Position numbers and translations under genes: made by a program | Source of the DNA: Phoronis australis | Taxonomy: Eukaryota; Animalia; Phoronida | Length of the DNA: 64,000 nt | Assembly: GCA_002633005.1 (NCBI GenBank) | Contig: NMRA01000347.1 | Location: 62,001-126,000 of the forward strand | Direction: 5' to 3' | Notes under the pieces: generated by a model | The model's database searches: none | What the model was told of the DNA's origin: nothing | What the model saw: only the letters and a program-made list of their open reading frames with translations | Shown here: in pieces, positions 26,784-39,721 of the stretch | Layout of the letters: every line of letters begins with the position of its first letter | How positions within the stretch are numbered: position 1 is the stretch's first letter

Positions 26784-26866
26784 GATTACTTTTGTCTTGT
26801 ACTGTAGGATCGATTACTTTTGTCTTGTACCGTAGGATCGATTACTTTTGTCTTGTACAATAGGAT
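26784..26866. repeat. 28-bp tandem repeat, 3 copies
   Basis: GATTACTTTTGTCTTGTAC(T/C)GTAGGATC units. Confidence 0.85.
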
Positions 26867-27210
26867 GAGACGGATCATGTAGATGAAAACAATACTTTAC
26901 ACAGAGCAGTAAACAGTAGTCAACATTCACTACTCTAGTAGTCATGACAAACTCAAGCCAGGTGCCCATCAAATTATGAATGTTGAATGCATGTTAACAA
27001 CAGAGGTGGTAAGCGCACACTCGCTTGTTAGTTTATTACGCTGCACCAATTTTCACTAGTAATGCCAACAGATGGCGGTGGTGTTCCAGCGGTGTGGCGT
27101 AGTGCTTGAATATTTTTTGTGACACTGCTGCCTTGTAAAACCCTTATTTTCTCTTACTTTTCTCCACCAATGCCAACAGATGGAAATAAATTTCAGACTG
27201 ACTGTGAGAC

Positions 27211-28107
27211 GGTGGTCGTCCCTTTTCACGTCACAGCTGTCTAGTTTCTTCCTATTTTCTAAAACTTGTCCATAACAAAATATTAATGGTGGTCAGATTT
27301 ACCAAGAGACAGTGGTCAAAAATGTCCCACTTTACTTCTATGACCTCTCATCGACAACAGGTGGCATTGGTGTTCCAACTAATCACGACAATGTGCTCGT
27401 CCATTTTTGTGACATAAATGTCCCACATTACTTCTATGACTTCTCACCAACAACAGGTAACACTGTTCCAACTAATCACGAGACAGTACTTGTCCGTTTC
27501 CGTGGCAACGCTGTCTTGCTCATTCTCTTCTTCTTCTTCTTCACCGTCCCCTCGCCACCCTTGCCAAGACCCGCCTCTCCACCCTTCACCTGCCCCGCCT
27601 CCCTCTTCGCTCTCTGCTCTTGCTCCCACAGTCTCTCATGAGCTAATTCTAAAAACAANGGTGGTCGTCCCATTTCACGTCACAGCTGTCTAGTTTCTTC
27701 CTATTTTCTAAAACTTGTCCGTAACAAAATATTAATGGTGGTCAGATTTACCAAGAGACAGTGGTCAAAAATGTCCCATATTACTTCTATGACCTCTCAT
27801 CGACAACAGATGGCATTGGTGTTCCAACTAATCACGACAATGTGCTCGTCCATTTTTGTGACATCAATGTCCCACATTACTTCTATGACTTCTCACCAAC
27901 AACAGGTAACACTGTTCCAACTAATCACGAGACAGTACTTGTCCGTTTCCGTGGCAACGCTGTCTTGCTCATTCTCTTCTTCTTCTTCTTCACCGTCCCC
28001 TCGCCACCCTTGCCAAGACCCGCCTCTCCACCCTTCACCTGCCCCGCCTCCCTCTTCGCTCTCTGCTCTTGCTCCCACAGTCTCTCATGAGCTAATTCTA
28101 AAAACAA
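27211..28107. repeat. Tandem duplication with 449-bp offset, joined by a single N (27659); includes the last exon of the - strand gene
   Basis: 27211-27658 and 27660-28107 differ by a few substitutions. Confidence 0.9.
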
Positions 28108-31100
28108 CAGTCATTCAGTCAGTTTGCAACAGCTCGCAGTCAAAAACATAGTAATGGTCAGATATAACGTGGCGAAGTTTGAGAACCAGTTTTCTCCAAT
28201 GAATAATGGGCATCAAACTGGTTCTCAAAATGCAGGCACGTTATAGCAGACTATTGCCAAAAACACTGCATATCTTGAAGTCAAAATCACACTCAACATT
28301 TTCAGTGCGTTTCACACAATATAACTGAATCAGACACGGTACACTGACTTCCAAGCAACACAGTCAATGCTTTATGAAACTACACCAGTAAGCAGACATG
28401 CTTTATGAAGCATACTTCTGTTATGAATGCAGGATACCTTTAATGCAAGTGTAGAATGTTTAATAAAAGAGATTAATTATGAAGGAAGTGAAGGAGTCAA
28501 TACTTACGCACGGCCTTCTGCGCTAATTTAAGTCTCTTAAACTCTTTAGACAGCCACACTGAAGGGTGACTCAGTAATCTACAAAGTCACAAGAGTTAAG
28601 TCTACGGTTTAAGGCAGATCCATGTTTTGCAAAACCGACTCAGAGTGCAAAATTTACTAAAACAATGTATCGGTGCACAAGATGATGGACAAATGAAATT
28701 CAGTTTTCTCATTTTTTCTATATAAAAGATAGATAGCACCGAATTTATGCTTTGCCATATTCAAGTTTGATACCACACAAAAATTTGAATAATTATGAGT
28801 ATTCATAATATTAAAAGCTATGTGGAAGAAAATGTATGCGTTTAAGACCTTCATGGACAGCAACAAGGTCATTCTTGTTGAATGTCTTCAAATAAAATAT
28901 CTAAAAGGATGATAAACCCGGTTTCAGCCAATTAACAGATAGTAAAAACGACTTTCACATTTAACTATCTGAAACAAAATAATGCACTGTAAACTTCTAC
29001 AACTCTCAAAAGTTTGGAGGAAATTTTGAAAACTCCTTTTCAACTTTGCTAAACAGGTAAGCGTGACCTATGCTTTTAACGAATTACACGGCAAGTGTGG
29101 GGTAAGACCATCCAGTAAGAACTACAATCTGCGACATAGGGAATATAAATATTTAGTCGATTTCTGCTTTTAGCTCTCAATATTGACGTCAATGATGCAA
29201 TAGCACGTTACACAACCAGGATTGGTTGAAATCTTTAAAGCAGAGTTTAGTATACTTTTAAAAGTTGGCAGATTAGCCGGCAATACCTTACCCGGAGCTT
29301 GTCTCTCTTGGTAGCTGAGTAGTCACTGAATGAATGCTTCCCTCACCAGGGGGCAGCAGTGCTCGGGTCAACTTGTCGACGGGGATGTCGACCCCCTTCT
29401 CTAACATCTTGAAGTGCATATTTTTGCAGTCACGAACTTGTTGGTTATCCAAGAACTGCAAGAAGGAAATATGCTTTGTCTCAAGTGTACATGATACAGT
29501 CACTGGGTGGAGAAACAAGCCAGTAGCTTAATCCATGATTACAAGCCAGATGCGAGTCAGAGTAACTCCAGGATTGTATTTAGAGAACTGGCCACTTCAT
29601 TGTTGCTGTAGCCTGAATTAGGAAGGATGCAGCATGGAGGAGGTTCTACACACATCGCAGGATAGAGAAACAACTCGGTGGTCAAACCCAGAAATTTGAT
29701 GAAACGACAAACATGACTGGAAGTAGATCCAGACCCTTAGATGTACAGGTTTGGACATTATACTGTATCACTGCCTTGAATGAGAAAGACTGTGCAACAT
29801 TCGGCTGTGAATGACATATTACAGGATACAGAACCACGTGGTGACTAGAGCCATGAATACAATTCAAATGTGAGTCAGAGCAGATTCTTATCACTGAATC
29901 AAGAGGCCAAGTCTATGATTACAAGATTGAAAACTGAATTGTTTCTCGACTCTAAATGACGAAAACAGTTCACAGTAACCAACTCGAATGAAACAACCAA
30001 GTTTTGAGCCGTTAAAGTAAGCAAACTTCATGTCTAGGAATAAAGTATATTACATTGATTTATTAAGTGATCAGATATGCTGAAATAATATTTCATTCCA
30101 TCTAGTAGTTAAAAGAATTGCAGTGTGTCATCCAAATGGTTGATATATCAAATGAAATGGAAGAAAAAACATGATACATCATCAAACACACTCAACACCT
30201 CTAGTTCTACCAAGACAACACTCTAGCACGTAGGACTTCAATAATTCTTATTTACTACAAAATAGAAAGTAGATCTTTTGTAAGTTCTGGCCTACTCAAG
30301 TGGGTACACTTTTCAGAAAGAAAGAGATCTAAGCCTGCCAACTACGTGAGCGAGTTAAGACCTAGATTAATTTTACTATACCACTTCCTCCCGTTTGGTT
30401 GTTATAACAACTGGCTCTGCTTCGTTTTGCTTGTGTCGAGACAGGTAAGCACTGCTGCTTCTAGTGTGTTTCCTTGACGATACATCTGAAGAATACTCAA
30501 GCAAATCAGTTTCACAACACACTGTACACAATGAGCCAATTATATTTTAGACACCAATAAAAATCCCATACTTTTAGACATTTAATAGTATATTATACAC
30601 TGTGGTAATAAAAAAAAAAATTGTCCGTTTTGTACTAAATTGAATATTATCACTGTTATTCTGTATAAATGCACGAACGTGGATGCATACAGAAATATTT
30701 TGATTTATTGAGATTATGCATTGAATTTTGGATGACTTAAATCCAGGTATCATACATGACATAGCGTTCAATCATGCTGAATTATCTAAAGCAAGTATTT
30801 TCTTACAATTAATGTAAATGTCACAATTTCCAAATGCTGAATTACATAAAGCAAGGATTTTCTTACAACTACATGCCACAAATTTCCAATGCTGAACTAC
30901 ACACAGCCAGTGATTCTTCACATAATATTCATCCCACAACTTGAATTGCACATACAATTTCTTAACCAGTCAATAAACACATCCACAAACCGTTTTCCAC
31001 GCGCACAACTGTTACTCACTAGAACTGCTGGAGCTCTGGTTCCCTGGCACTTCGCCAGGCTTAGTTGATACACACACCTCAGAGAGCACTACCCCTTCAC

Positions 31101-34100
31101 TGCAAACAAAAACATACAACAGAGGATTAGAGCCAAACGTCCAAACATAATTCAAAACCTTATTGTGCTGTCATGGGACAAGGTTATTGTGCTGTCATGG
31201 GACAAGGTTATTGTGCTGTCATAAGACAAGGTTATTGCATGGGAAAGTAAATAGGGTTGGCGAAAACATGTGGATTAAGTCTTAATTAAGTGGTACAATG
31301 TAAAACGACACAATGTTTTTATATGGGTGATGTTATTAGGCACAGTTGCTGTAGCCTTGTGAATATAATTACAGCGTGCAGCAACCGGAGTTCAACATAT
31401 TTAACAACCAGTTCATATTACTACAGATTACCTTGCTATCTCATTACATAACACACCATACATTCTGCATAAGTGATCAGTCGTCATACGTCACCAGTCT
31501 ATATAAGGCGTCACCTTTCCTGCGGTCCTGATTACATATTGTGCACACTCCAATAAAATGTGGCTTTCACATTCTTATTCAGAACATTCCTTCAACAGAC
31601 AATCTGGGCAGTGAGATTTTGTCAAAACAACTTTTAAAGTATGAACCCTTGGAAGAAGTCACAAAAGCTTCTCCTGATATCAGCCACAAATCATGGCCCT
31701 CTACCAATATCAGACACATTGACATTATGAAAGCATGATACTTTAAAGGGCACTTGATGTAAGCAACGTATCAATGATCTCAACAAAGCCTAGAACAGAC
31801 AACTGGTAACAAAATGACAAAACATTTGATTTCAAAAAGGAAATGACTTTATTAGTCGTACTTTGCTGACATTACTGTATTCTGGAATGTTCTTTCTTTG
31901 CGCTGCTCCTTTAAATCTTGCATCATCCGCTTTACAGGCTGAAAGAAAAAGAATAGGTGACCAAACGTTAAAAAATGCACCACATATACTAGTCAATTAA
32001 CAAGACGGGACAGTCTTTGATACTGTTACGTAACAGAAAGCAAAAAAGAAAAGAGAAAAAATCGAACACCTTATTTTTTGAACAGATAGTGGCATCTTTC
32101 CCTCAGATTATGTCAAAATGAAACAGTGATCCTCCATATAATACACACCCCAATTACCCGGGGTGCAGATTGCCATCCGCAATACAAACCCACATACCAG
32201 GGGTGCAGACTGAATTCTGGCTTTGCTCTTCAAAACGTTCATCTGCCGTGACCTATCTTCAACTGGGGTTGATGTCTTTACCACAGGCTGGAATGATAAA
32301 AGCTTCAATATAACGTGCTTAACAGTCATCAAATTACCAAACGTGGCAACATAGCATGGCAGACAAACATATTTACATTAACAAAAGCACAGACACAAAC
32401 TTCGACAAGTGATCGCTTCCACTGCAACCAGGTTTAAAACTGTGAAAGTGACTTCTCAAAACATGTTTTGTTGAAAACGTGCGAGACAGTCCTTCCATAC
32501 CATCTCACCTGAGACACAAACAGGTCATTACCACCGTCACCATCATCATCACCACTGTCACCACCTTCACCATCACCACCATCATCTTTGTCACCATGTC
32601 CACTAGTACCCACAAGTGTCTTCACATCATCAAAGTTGGTTGGTTTCACAGCCGACTGAGTGTCCTCCTTAAAACTGCAAACATCCTCATCCCCACCTTC
32701 CACGCTCAAACTGTGACCCTTGACCTCGCTCGTGTTAGTCCTCCTAGACAACTTAATCCCGCCCCCAGATAAAACATGTCCTTGCCTTGATGCCGATACC
32801 AGGCTTCTTCGTGATAAAGCCGCGCTGTTCGGTCGCACCATATTACCGTTACCAAGCGGTACATTCGGTCTCTCGTCACAAGGGGGCATCACATGATGTC
32901 CAATTCTTGACCCCGGACGTGGAGGCAATTCATCGTTATTTGATGAAATTTTGCGTGACATCACATCCCGCCTCACAGGACTGTGAGTCATTTCAGACGC
33001 ATGAGAGCTATTTCTAACACAATCTGTTGCATTCTCATTCCTTTGGATAACTTTAGGTTTTGGCACCTTATCAAGTCTCGTCAACACAGGGGGTGCAGGT
33101 TTAGATAAATTGTCTACAACCGTGACAGACTTGCTCTCCTCAAGGCCGCCGGACCCAAACTCCAAAGTTTTTGTTGTTTTCACCACAGCCGATCCCACGT
33201 CTGATTCTTGTTTCGAAGCCTTTGATGACGACTGACGCAGCAGTTCATAGAAATTTTTCTCCCTACTTGACTTTATTCTCGTAAAAGAGGGCATAGTCTT
33301 TTCACCCTCGCTTTCCTGTCCAGATTTTTCATCATCGTCATCCGACATACCGACGTTTGCCACTGCAGTCCTCAGGTTTTTATCCGTTACAACTTTTGAC
33401 TTGTGTTTCACCATCTTTCGTATTATTTCAACATCTTCCTTATCACTTCCATCACCATCATCGTCATTATATGCAATTTCAACAGTCGAAGGTTTCGGCA
33501 CTATGGCTGTCCCTTTATTGTGTTTATGCGAGATCAAGTTTCTATGACGATCCTGTATCACATCACTCTTGTAGCTACTCGATGACTTCAAAATCCCTTT
33601 ATTGGAAGTTCTGTCATTAGCTGAACTAGGTCGCCCTGGAAACTGCTGGCTCACATTCCTTCGTTCACCCTCGTCTAAATTACCATCGCCATCATCATCC
33701 TCGCCATTCTCTCCACTACCAGTAGTGGGCCTCTTTTTCAATCCAGAGTCAACACGACTGGTCGCATTCTTAATATTTGGTGTGCCCGCCCTGCTGGAGT
33801 AGTAGCGAGAGACACGACCTCGAGGTGTTATGTCAATTGTGGTATTGAGCTCCTCAGCGATCTTGACACCAGTTTTGGGGACACCATCCTCCTTGGCTGG
33901 TTTATTCTCCTCCCCTGCAATTAATTAATTGAGAGAACATAAAAACATGGACTATCTCACTTTGCGACCATTACCAGGAATTTCCGCAAATAGGGCCATC
34001 CAAAAGAACACTCATGGTTTATTTTCTGAAGATTTTTGAAAAGTACGCCCATGGGCGTATTTTCCTTAACTGTTTGCTTGTTTTGAAAATGTGATGCAAT

Positions 34101-37100
34101 GTTCCAAATTACATAAATGTAATAGGTTTTGATGTAGTAAAACTTTATTTTCTGAAATTAGACATTGTATTTTGGGATCACGATTTCACTCAAACGACAA
34201 TAATTTGATGAGCCTGAGAGACTTTATTGGAAACTAACTCTACACAAGCAAAGTATGAAGGACAATTTAAACAACACAGTTTCCGAAAATACACCTCCCC
34301 TTTCTAAGAGTACGCCCGTGCGTATATTCGGTTTCATTTGACGATTTCGAAAAGACCTATTTTCGGAGATTCCCTGTACATCCACTGTCACTGAATACAT
34401 ACTTCAAAACCTAAAGAATGGGTTGAAAGATGTTATCTCAAATATATATTTCCAGTGAAAAGCTCCAACAAAATATAAACAAGGCAAGGCAGCCTTCAAA
34501 CTTAATAACCAATCAGAAAGAAAAACATTTGTTAGCGCAGTGTATTTGATTATAAGTGCGCCACAAACAAATCGTTTTAATCGATGTAGCAGTAAAAAAA
34601 CAGTCCATCCTGCAGTCCATCATTACCTTGCACAGATGAGCGTTCAGCTGTGTCTTCACTGAAATATTGTAGTGTAGAGTCACCAGTGCCTTCATGGTCA
34701 TCTCTGTAAACAAAATCACGGGTTGACCTACAAGTGCATGCAAACACCATCTGCCATTCAAAACCAACTGTGGCCAATAAGCAATAGGTAAACTTGGTCA
34801 ACTACAATCAATGTCTCTCAATGTTAATTAGCTGCTGTAAAATGTTCTTGCTCAGACAGATATGCACGCACCGCTGTAGCTACATAACACTAGTAAGAAT
34901 TGAGAGGTTGCCTGTTGTCACAGATCTAAAGCCTGTTTTATGAAAGTGACACGAGACTTAAGACAGAAATTTCGCCATACGCTTCCACTTCCCAACTGTT
35001 GAATAAAAGTTAAGTCAACTATGTACTGGGTATAAGTCTAGACAACTATGTACTGGGTATAAGTCTAGACAACTATGTACTGGGTATAAGTCTAGACAAC
35101 TATGTACTGGGTATAAGTCTAGACAACTATGTACTGGGTATAAGTCTAGACAACTATGTACTGGGTATAAGTCTAGAAATAATAGTCTGAGTGGGCAACT
35201 AGCAGTTTTGTGTATACTCTCAGAAATTTGGCATTTTGCCTAAAAGTGATTTACTTATTTTTGAAAAATAGTTGGGTGGTCAACTTTCCTTGGGTGGAGT
35301 GTAAGATCAACTATACGACTTACAGTCTTGAAGTCGCCATTCATGAATGAGGCTCATGAGGTTGGGAAATATTCTGTATGGTGATCCCATCCTTGACCAG
35401 CATAAAGCTGACAAGTGTTACAAGACCAAAAACCTGACGTAAGGGGCCAATGGTTGACTGATTTAGACCAGATTGTAACTATACACTGTGCAGAGAAGTC
35501 CACAATATAATACTGCTATTTAGAATAATATTAATAAATAAAATTTGTCAAGAATGCCAAGAAAAAATAATTGCAGGCGGTCTGGTACAGATTGTAACAG
35601 ACATGCACAGGCCAATCAGATGGGCTCACTGCACTGATCACATGAAACTATAATATGGTTAATTACTGCATAGTTAAAACCGAGCTGAGGAGCTAGAAAT
35701 TTTGACTCAAGGGTCTAGCAGTGAGTCCCAGTGGGACTCGAACCCACGACCTTGAATAAAGGCAACGGACACTTATTCCACTGGGCCACAGTGCCGCCTT
35801 GAACAATGCTAAGTAAGTCTGACCTATCGTCTAGTGCATCATCATCATCCACAGATGGTAGTGAGAAATGTATAGGTCCAGGTGGTGGCTTGACAGGCTC
35901 TGGTTCGGGCTTGACACTAGGTGGAGCTTCTGGCTGACTTTCGCTACAAAAGTAGGTCAAATATTGGACTGCAAAGATGTCTTACAACCACATTGAAAAA
36001 GATGACAATCGTGCAACTTTTACCAGTGTCTTTAGAACATAGAGGGACACCAATAGGGTAGACATCAGGGGCACAGTTTATAACAGTCTATATTCAGGCT
36101 ACAATCATTAAACCACATGTCAATGTTAGTTCAAACAAAGAGTTCAAGGTAAATCAATAAAATGGGAACTCCCTTTGAGAGAAATTAGTTATAAAGCAAA
36201 AAAAGATATTTGTTCTTCAGAAATTTTTCTAATTATGGAAGTAGAAAATGGATATATTAAATATTAACTATTACCGGACTTCAAAAATACAGAATTTTTC
36301 CGGTAATGATAGCCAAAGTACTCCATTTTGTCTAATCAGCAGGAAACAAGATGATTCCAAAAGTGGAACTGGTTCAAAAATAGTAATCCTACCTTTCACT
36401 GGCACTGCCTTGTAGCATTCGCTCAAGGTCTGGCGATCCAGTAGGGGGAGGTGGTGGTCCTTGTACCTCACCAACCCTGGCGTACGCTGCAGACAATTTG
36501 GCCACATTCTCCACCTGGTGGTCTTGTATGAACTGCTGGAGTGATTGACAGGCATCGTCTTTACTGATGTCAAAGTTGGCTCCGCCCACCCAGCCCACAG
36601 AAGTATGGTGACTAGCAGCGCCCCTTGGTGGTCGGTCTGATGGATCAAACTTGGCACCTTTCACTACGAGAAAAAATCAGATGCAATGAGCTAATTGGAT
36701 CAAGCTAAGTTAAATTTTGGCAAGTCAAGTCAATTATTGCTGTACCTTGATCACCATACCTTCTTTGTAATGGATTAATATAATTGAAAAATACAGGTAC
36801 AGATTAAATAAAAAATTCCAGTACTGACTCATATATTTTTTACCAGCCCTGTTGATAGTAATTGAGATTCAACCTTGGGAGTCTTTGTGTACATGCTACA
36901 AATATGAAAAGTGACTTGTTTAGCCTAAACAAACCAAAAGTGATAAACAGCACAGCATACAATAGTGTGTAAAACTTTTTATAAACTTAGTTATAGAAAA
37001 TATGATGCGCAGGTATTGATAATATTAGTACAGAAATGTAAGCATTATATGTGTGACAACACTATGGTATATATTTATTCAATGTTAATAAGCCACTGGC

Positions 37101-39578
37101 CCCATTCACAATCACAATAACATAAACAGTACAACTGCAGCAGTAAAATGGTACTTTATACACTCTCCAACCTATTCTGATCAGCCTTCAACAAAATTTG
37201 GCAATATTTCACTGCTTTGCTACACTGCCAGAGCACAGTCATGCACTTTTCAAAAACTTCAACAGTTTTGTTTACCGTATTCCAGTCTGAACATTTGGTA
37301 AAGGTTGGTCTCACAAATCTTCATACATAGTACATTCCAACAAAAAATGGACTTCTTCCTCTCTATCACATTTTCCGTGGTCTTTACCCATCTGTTTCTC
37401 TTCATGTTTGGATGTAAAAACAAAATTTCAAATTTACCAGCTATTTTTGGTGGACGTGGAACCAGGCTCTCAGCGAACTCTTTAACCTTTCGTTGCGACT
37501 CCTTGGCGCTTTCAGGACGCAGCCTCCTGCCACTAGGTGGCCTCACAACTCGACCTTTGGTCTTGGCACTTTCAGGCCGGCGAGGAAGACTGACATTGTA
37601 CTGTTTCATAAGCTCTGGTATGGAAGTGTTGCTGCCCCTATTTGAATATGTAAATATTAAGTCAGGTCAGCACCCCACCTGTTGGCCAAATCACATAAAC
37701 TGAGAAGCTCAAGAGACGAATGCACACAGGACAATTTGCATATCTGGTACCAGTTCAATACATTTATTCCAAGATTTAACACACAAACTCTCCACAGTAC
37801 GGACATGGCACTTCGAACATATACATGATCCGTAATTCTCGTCTACTTTGAATTTTCAGTTTTGGAGAATACTTTAATTACAGGGCTTGGAATGACCAAG
37901 GACAAAAAAAGAAAATTTTCCAGGTGATACATTGTTCCACAAATGAAAAGGGCTTGTGTGATAGAAAAGTTTCCTTTTGTTGTAAAATTTAACTGAAATA
38001 TTATGAAGTCAAAATAATGATAAAAATGAGATCCAAAAAGAGGAAACTAGAAATCAAATAATTGGAAATTGAAACCGAAAGAGGAAATCCTCTTAAAAGT
38101 GGAACACTGCGGGCCCCGTAATTAGCATACAAGTCACACAAATCAAGACTAGTTATCGCTACTCACCAGGCAGTCCTCTGTGATACTCCCATGGTATCTT
38201 GTCCCAGGCTAGACATACTACTACTTCTGCCCTGGACTCTTGCACTCCCGTTGACTTCCTGCCTCGAGTCTGTGCCTACATTATACACAAGAGGCTGGAC
38301 TGTGGAGAGCTTACTTAGTGTCAAACCCGTGGAACCAAGCCAGTCCTGGAAAGAACGCGTTAAATATGTTTAAATTTTAATCTCACGAATTTTTCTTCCA
38401 ATTTATGAACTTAAAATAAGACAAAGAGTAAGAACTATTTTGTCCCTAATCTGAGAGAGTGCGAGCTAAATTCAAACACATTTATAATGTAACTTTGTTA
38501 TAAGTAAATGTTGACAAGATCGTAAGCTTATCTAGCACTGAAGTAAAGATTCATTCAGCACATTTGTCAACCTTATGCCATAAAATTATAATGATCATCG
38601 CTTCTTTCAAATACAATAACATTCTAATTATAATAATTACATCTCCGGTAACAGCCACATCAAAGATTTTTACAAAAATACACGGATCATAGCCAAACAA
38701 AGAACCACAATTTACATAAAATCAGGCACATATGTGATACAGGACCGATGGGTAATGACACACACTGGTACTCTGAGCACTATGCAATTTCAAACAAGAT
38801 TGTCTGATTACAAAAATCCCAAGTTTCCCCACATCACGAGAGGAAACCGAAGGTAAAAAAAAAAGTTTTTGGGGTTAGAATTCAAAACTGAATTCAGGAG
38901 TAGTCCAGTTACAAATGACTTTTGCCTAGGGACAATAAGTCAATTTTTCTGATTAAAGCAATATTATTTATTGAATATTTTAATTTAAATAGTGTTAATT
39001 TACATGAGGATTAATACATCACCCAAGTTGTTATCGGTATCTAATGCAATAACATTCAAAACAACTAATTTCGCTTCCACTTCAATANAATGTTTTTGGG
39101 GTTAGAATTCAAAACTGCATTCAGGAGTAGTCCAGTTACAAATGAATTTTGCCTAGGGACAATAAGTCAATTTTTCTGATTAAAGCAATATTATTTATTG
39201 AATATTTTAATTTAAATAGTGTTAATTTACATGACGATTAATACATCACCCAAGTTGTTATCAGTATCTAATGCAATAACATTCAAAACAACTAATTTCG
39301 CTTCCACTTCAATAACTGAGGAGACAGTCAATGGCTACACGGCGCTGGACTAAGTCAGTTTTGGCGACCTGTCACGTGCCAACACTTCTCAGGTAAGCAC
39401 CTACCTGAGAGTCAAGATACCTCTCAAACAAAAATAAATTTACTTCTCAAGCACCGGTTTAAATACAAACCATCTTTCATTTTATGTTTGGTTGCTATTA
39501 GAGTTTATTGGTGAACGGAAATAGTTTAAAGAAAATCCACTTGGCTGCAGCACTGTCACCATCAAACATTGACATCAT
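27925..39578 (-). CDS. Uncharacterised ~1000-aa protein, largely disordered, with a short ordered C-terminal segment and a Lys-rich tail
   Basis: Phase-consistent exons 38345-38167, 37637-37438, 36663-36393, 35943-35824, 34703(or 34727)-34627, 33914-32509, 32287-32198, 31938-31862, 31099-31020, 30485-30382, 29455-29292, 28578-28508, 28097-27925 (stop). Tentative first coding exons are 39578-39541 and 39420-39405. No in-frame stop across the 13 firm exons. C-terminus reads FLDNQQVRDCKNMHFKMLEKGVDIPVDKLTRALLPPGE..LP..GLLSHPSVW..KKKKKR. Family not recognised; start codon uncertain. Confidence 0.85.
28151..28257. mobile_element. Short hairpin MITE-like element
   Basis: Inverted arms TATAACGTG..TTTGAGAACCAGTTT / AAACTGGTTCTCAAA..CACGTTATA. 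Confidence 0.55.
31160..31237. repeat. 24-bp tandem repeat, 3 copies
   Basis: TTATTGTGCTGTCATGGGACAAGG units. Confidence 0.85.
33975..34376. mobile_element. MITE-like element with imperfect TIRs
   Basis: CAGGAATTTCCGCAAATAGGG matches the reverse complement of GACCTATTTTCGGAGATTCCCTG; internal AGTACGCCC..GCGTAT motif occurs twice. Confidence 0.6.
34929..35355. mobile_element. Degenerate MITE (same family as 11204-11475) with an internal 27-bp tandem array
   Basis: GCCTGTTTTATGAAAGTGAC...ATTCATGAATGAGGC ends; 6 x CAACTATGTACTGGGTATAAGTCTAGA at 35016-35177. Confidence 0.6.
35563..35799 (-). mobile_element. tRNA-derived SINE copy 2
   Basis: The reverse complement has TGGCCCAGTGG and GGTTCGAGTCCC boxes and the same body as 5083-5318. 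Confidence 0.8.
37881..38118. mobile_element. hAT-like MITE (CAGGGCTTGGAAT family) with 6-bp TSD
   Basis: Same left end and body as 26093-26334; flanked by TAATTA on both sides. Confidence 0.8.
38862..39314. repeat. ~226-bp tandem duplication joined by a single N (39088)
   Basis: 38862-39087 and 39089-39314 are near-identical. Confidence 0.9.
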
Positions 39579-39721
39579 CTCTTGAGCTGTTCGATAAACT
39601 GGTCCTCAAACATTCGATGAGTTTGTGTCAATTAAAATGCTTCTGAAGAACTGAAGATGTGCGTTTATAAACTATTTGAAGATCATATCACTAAAACAAT
39701 TTTACCGACTGTTGACTGGTA

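Noticed and set aside
27476-27648. Second copy of the terminal exon as an alternative last exon
   Set aside because: It lies in a duplication joined by a single N, with its acceptor context cut at the N; most likely an assembly artefact.
32479-33802. Several + strand ORFs overlapping the 1.4-kb exon
   Set aside because: They are antisense shadows of the - strand coding exon.
39405-39420. GTATCTTG (- strand) as a U12-type donor
   Set aside because: It deviates from GTATCCTT, and no U12 branch site was identified.
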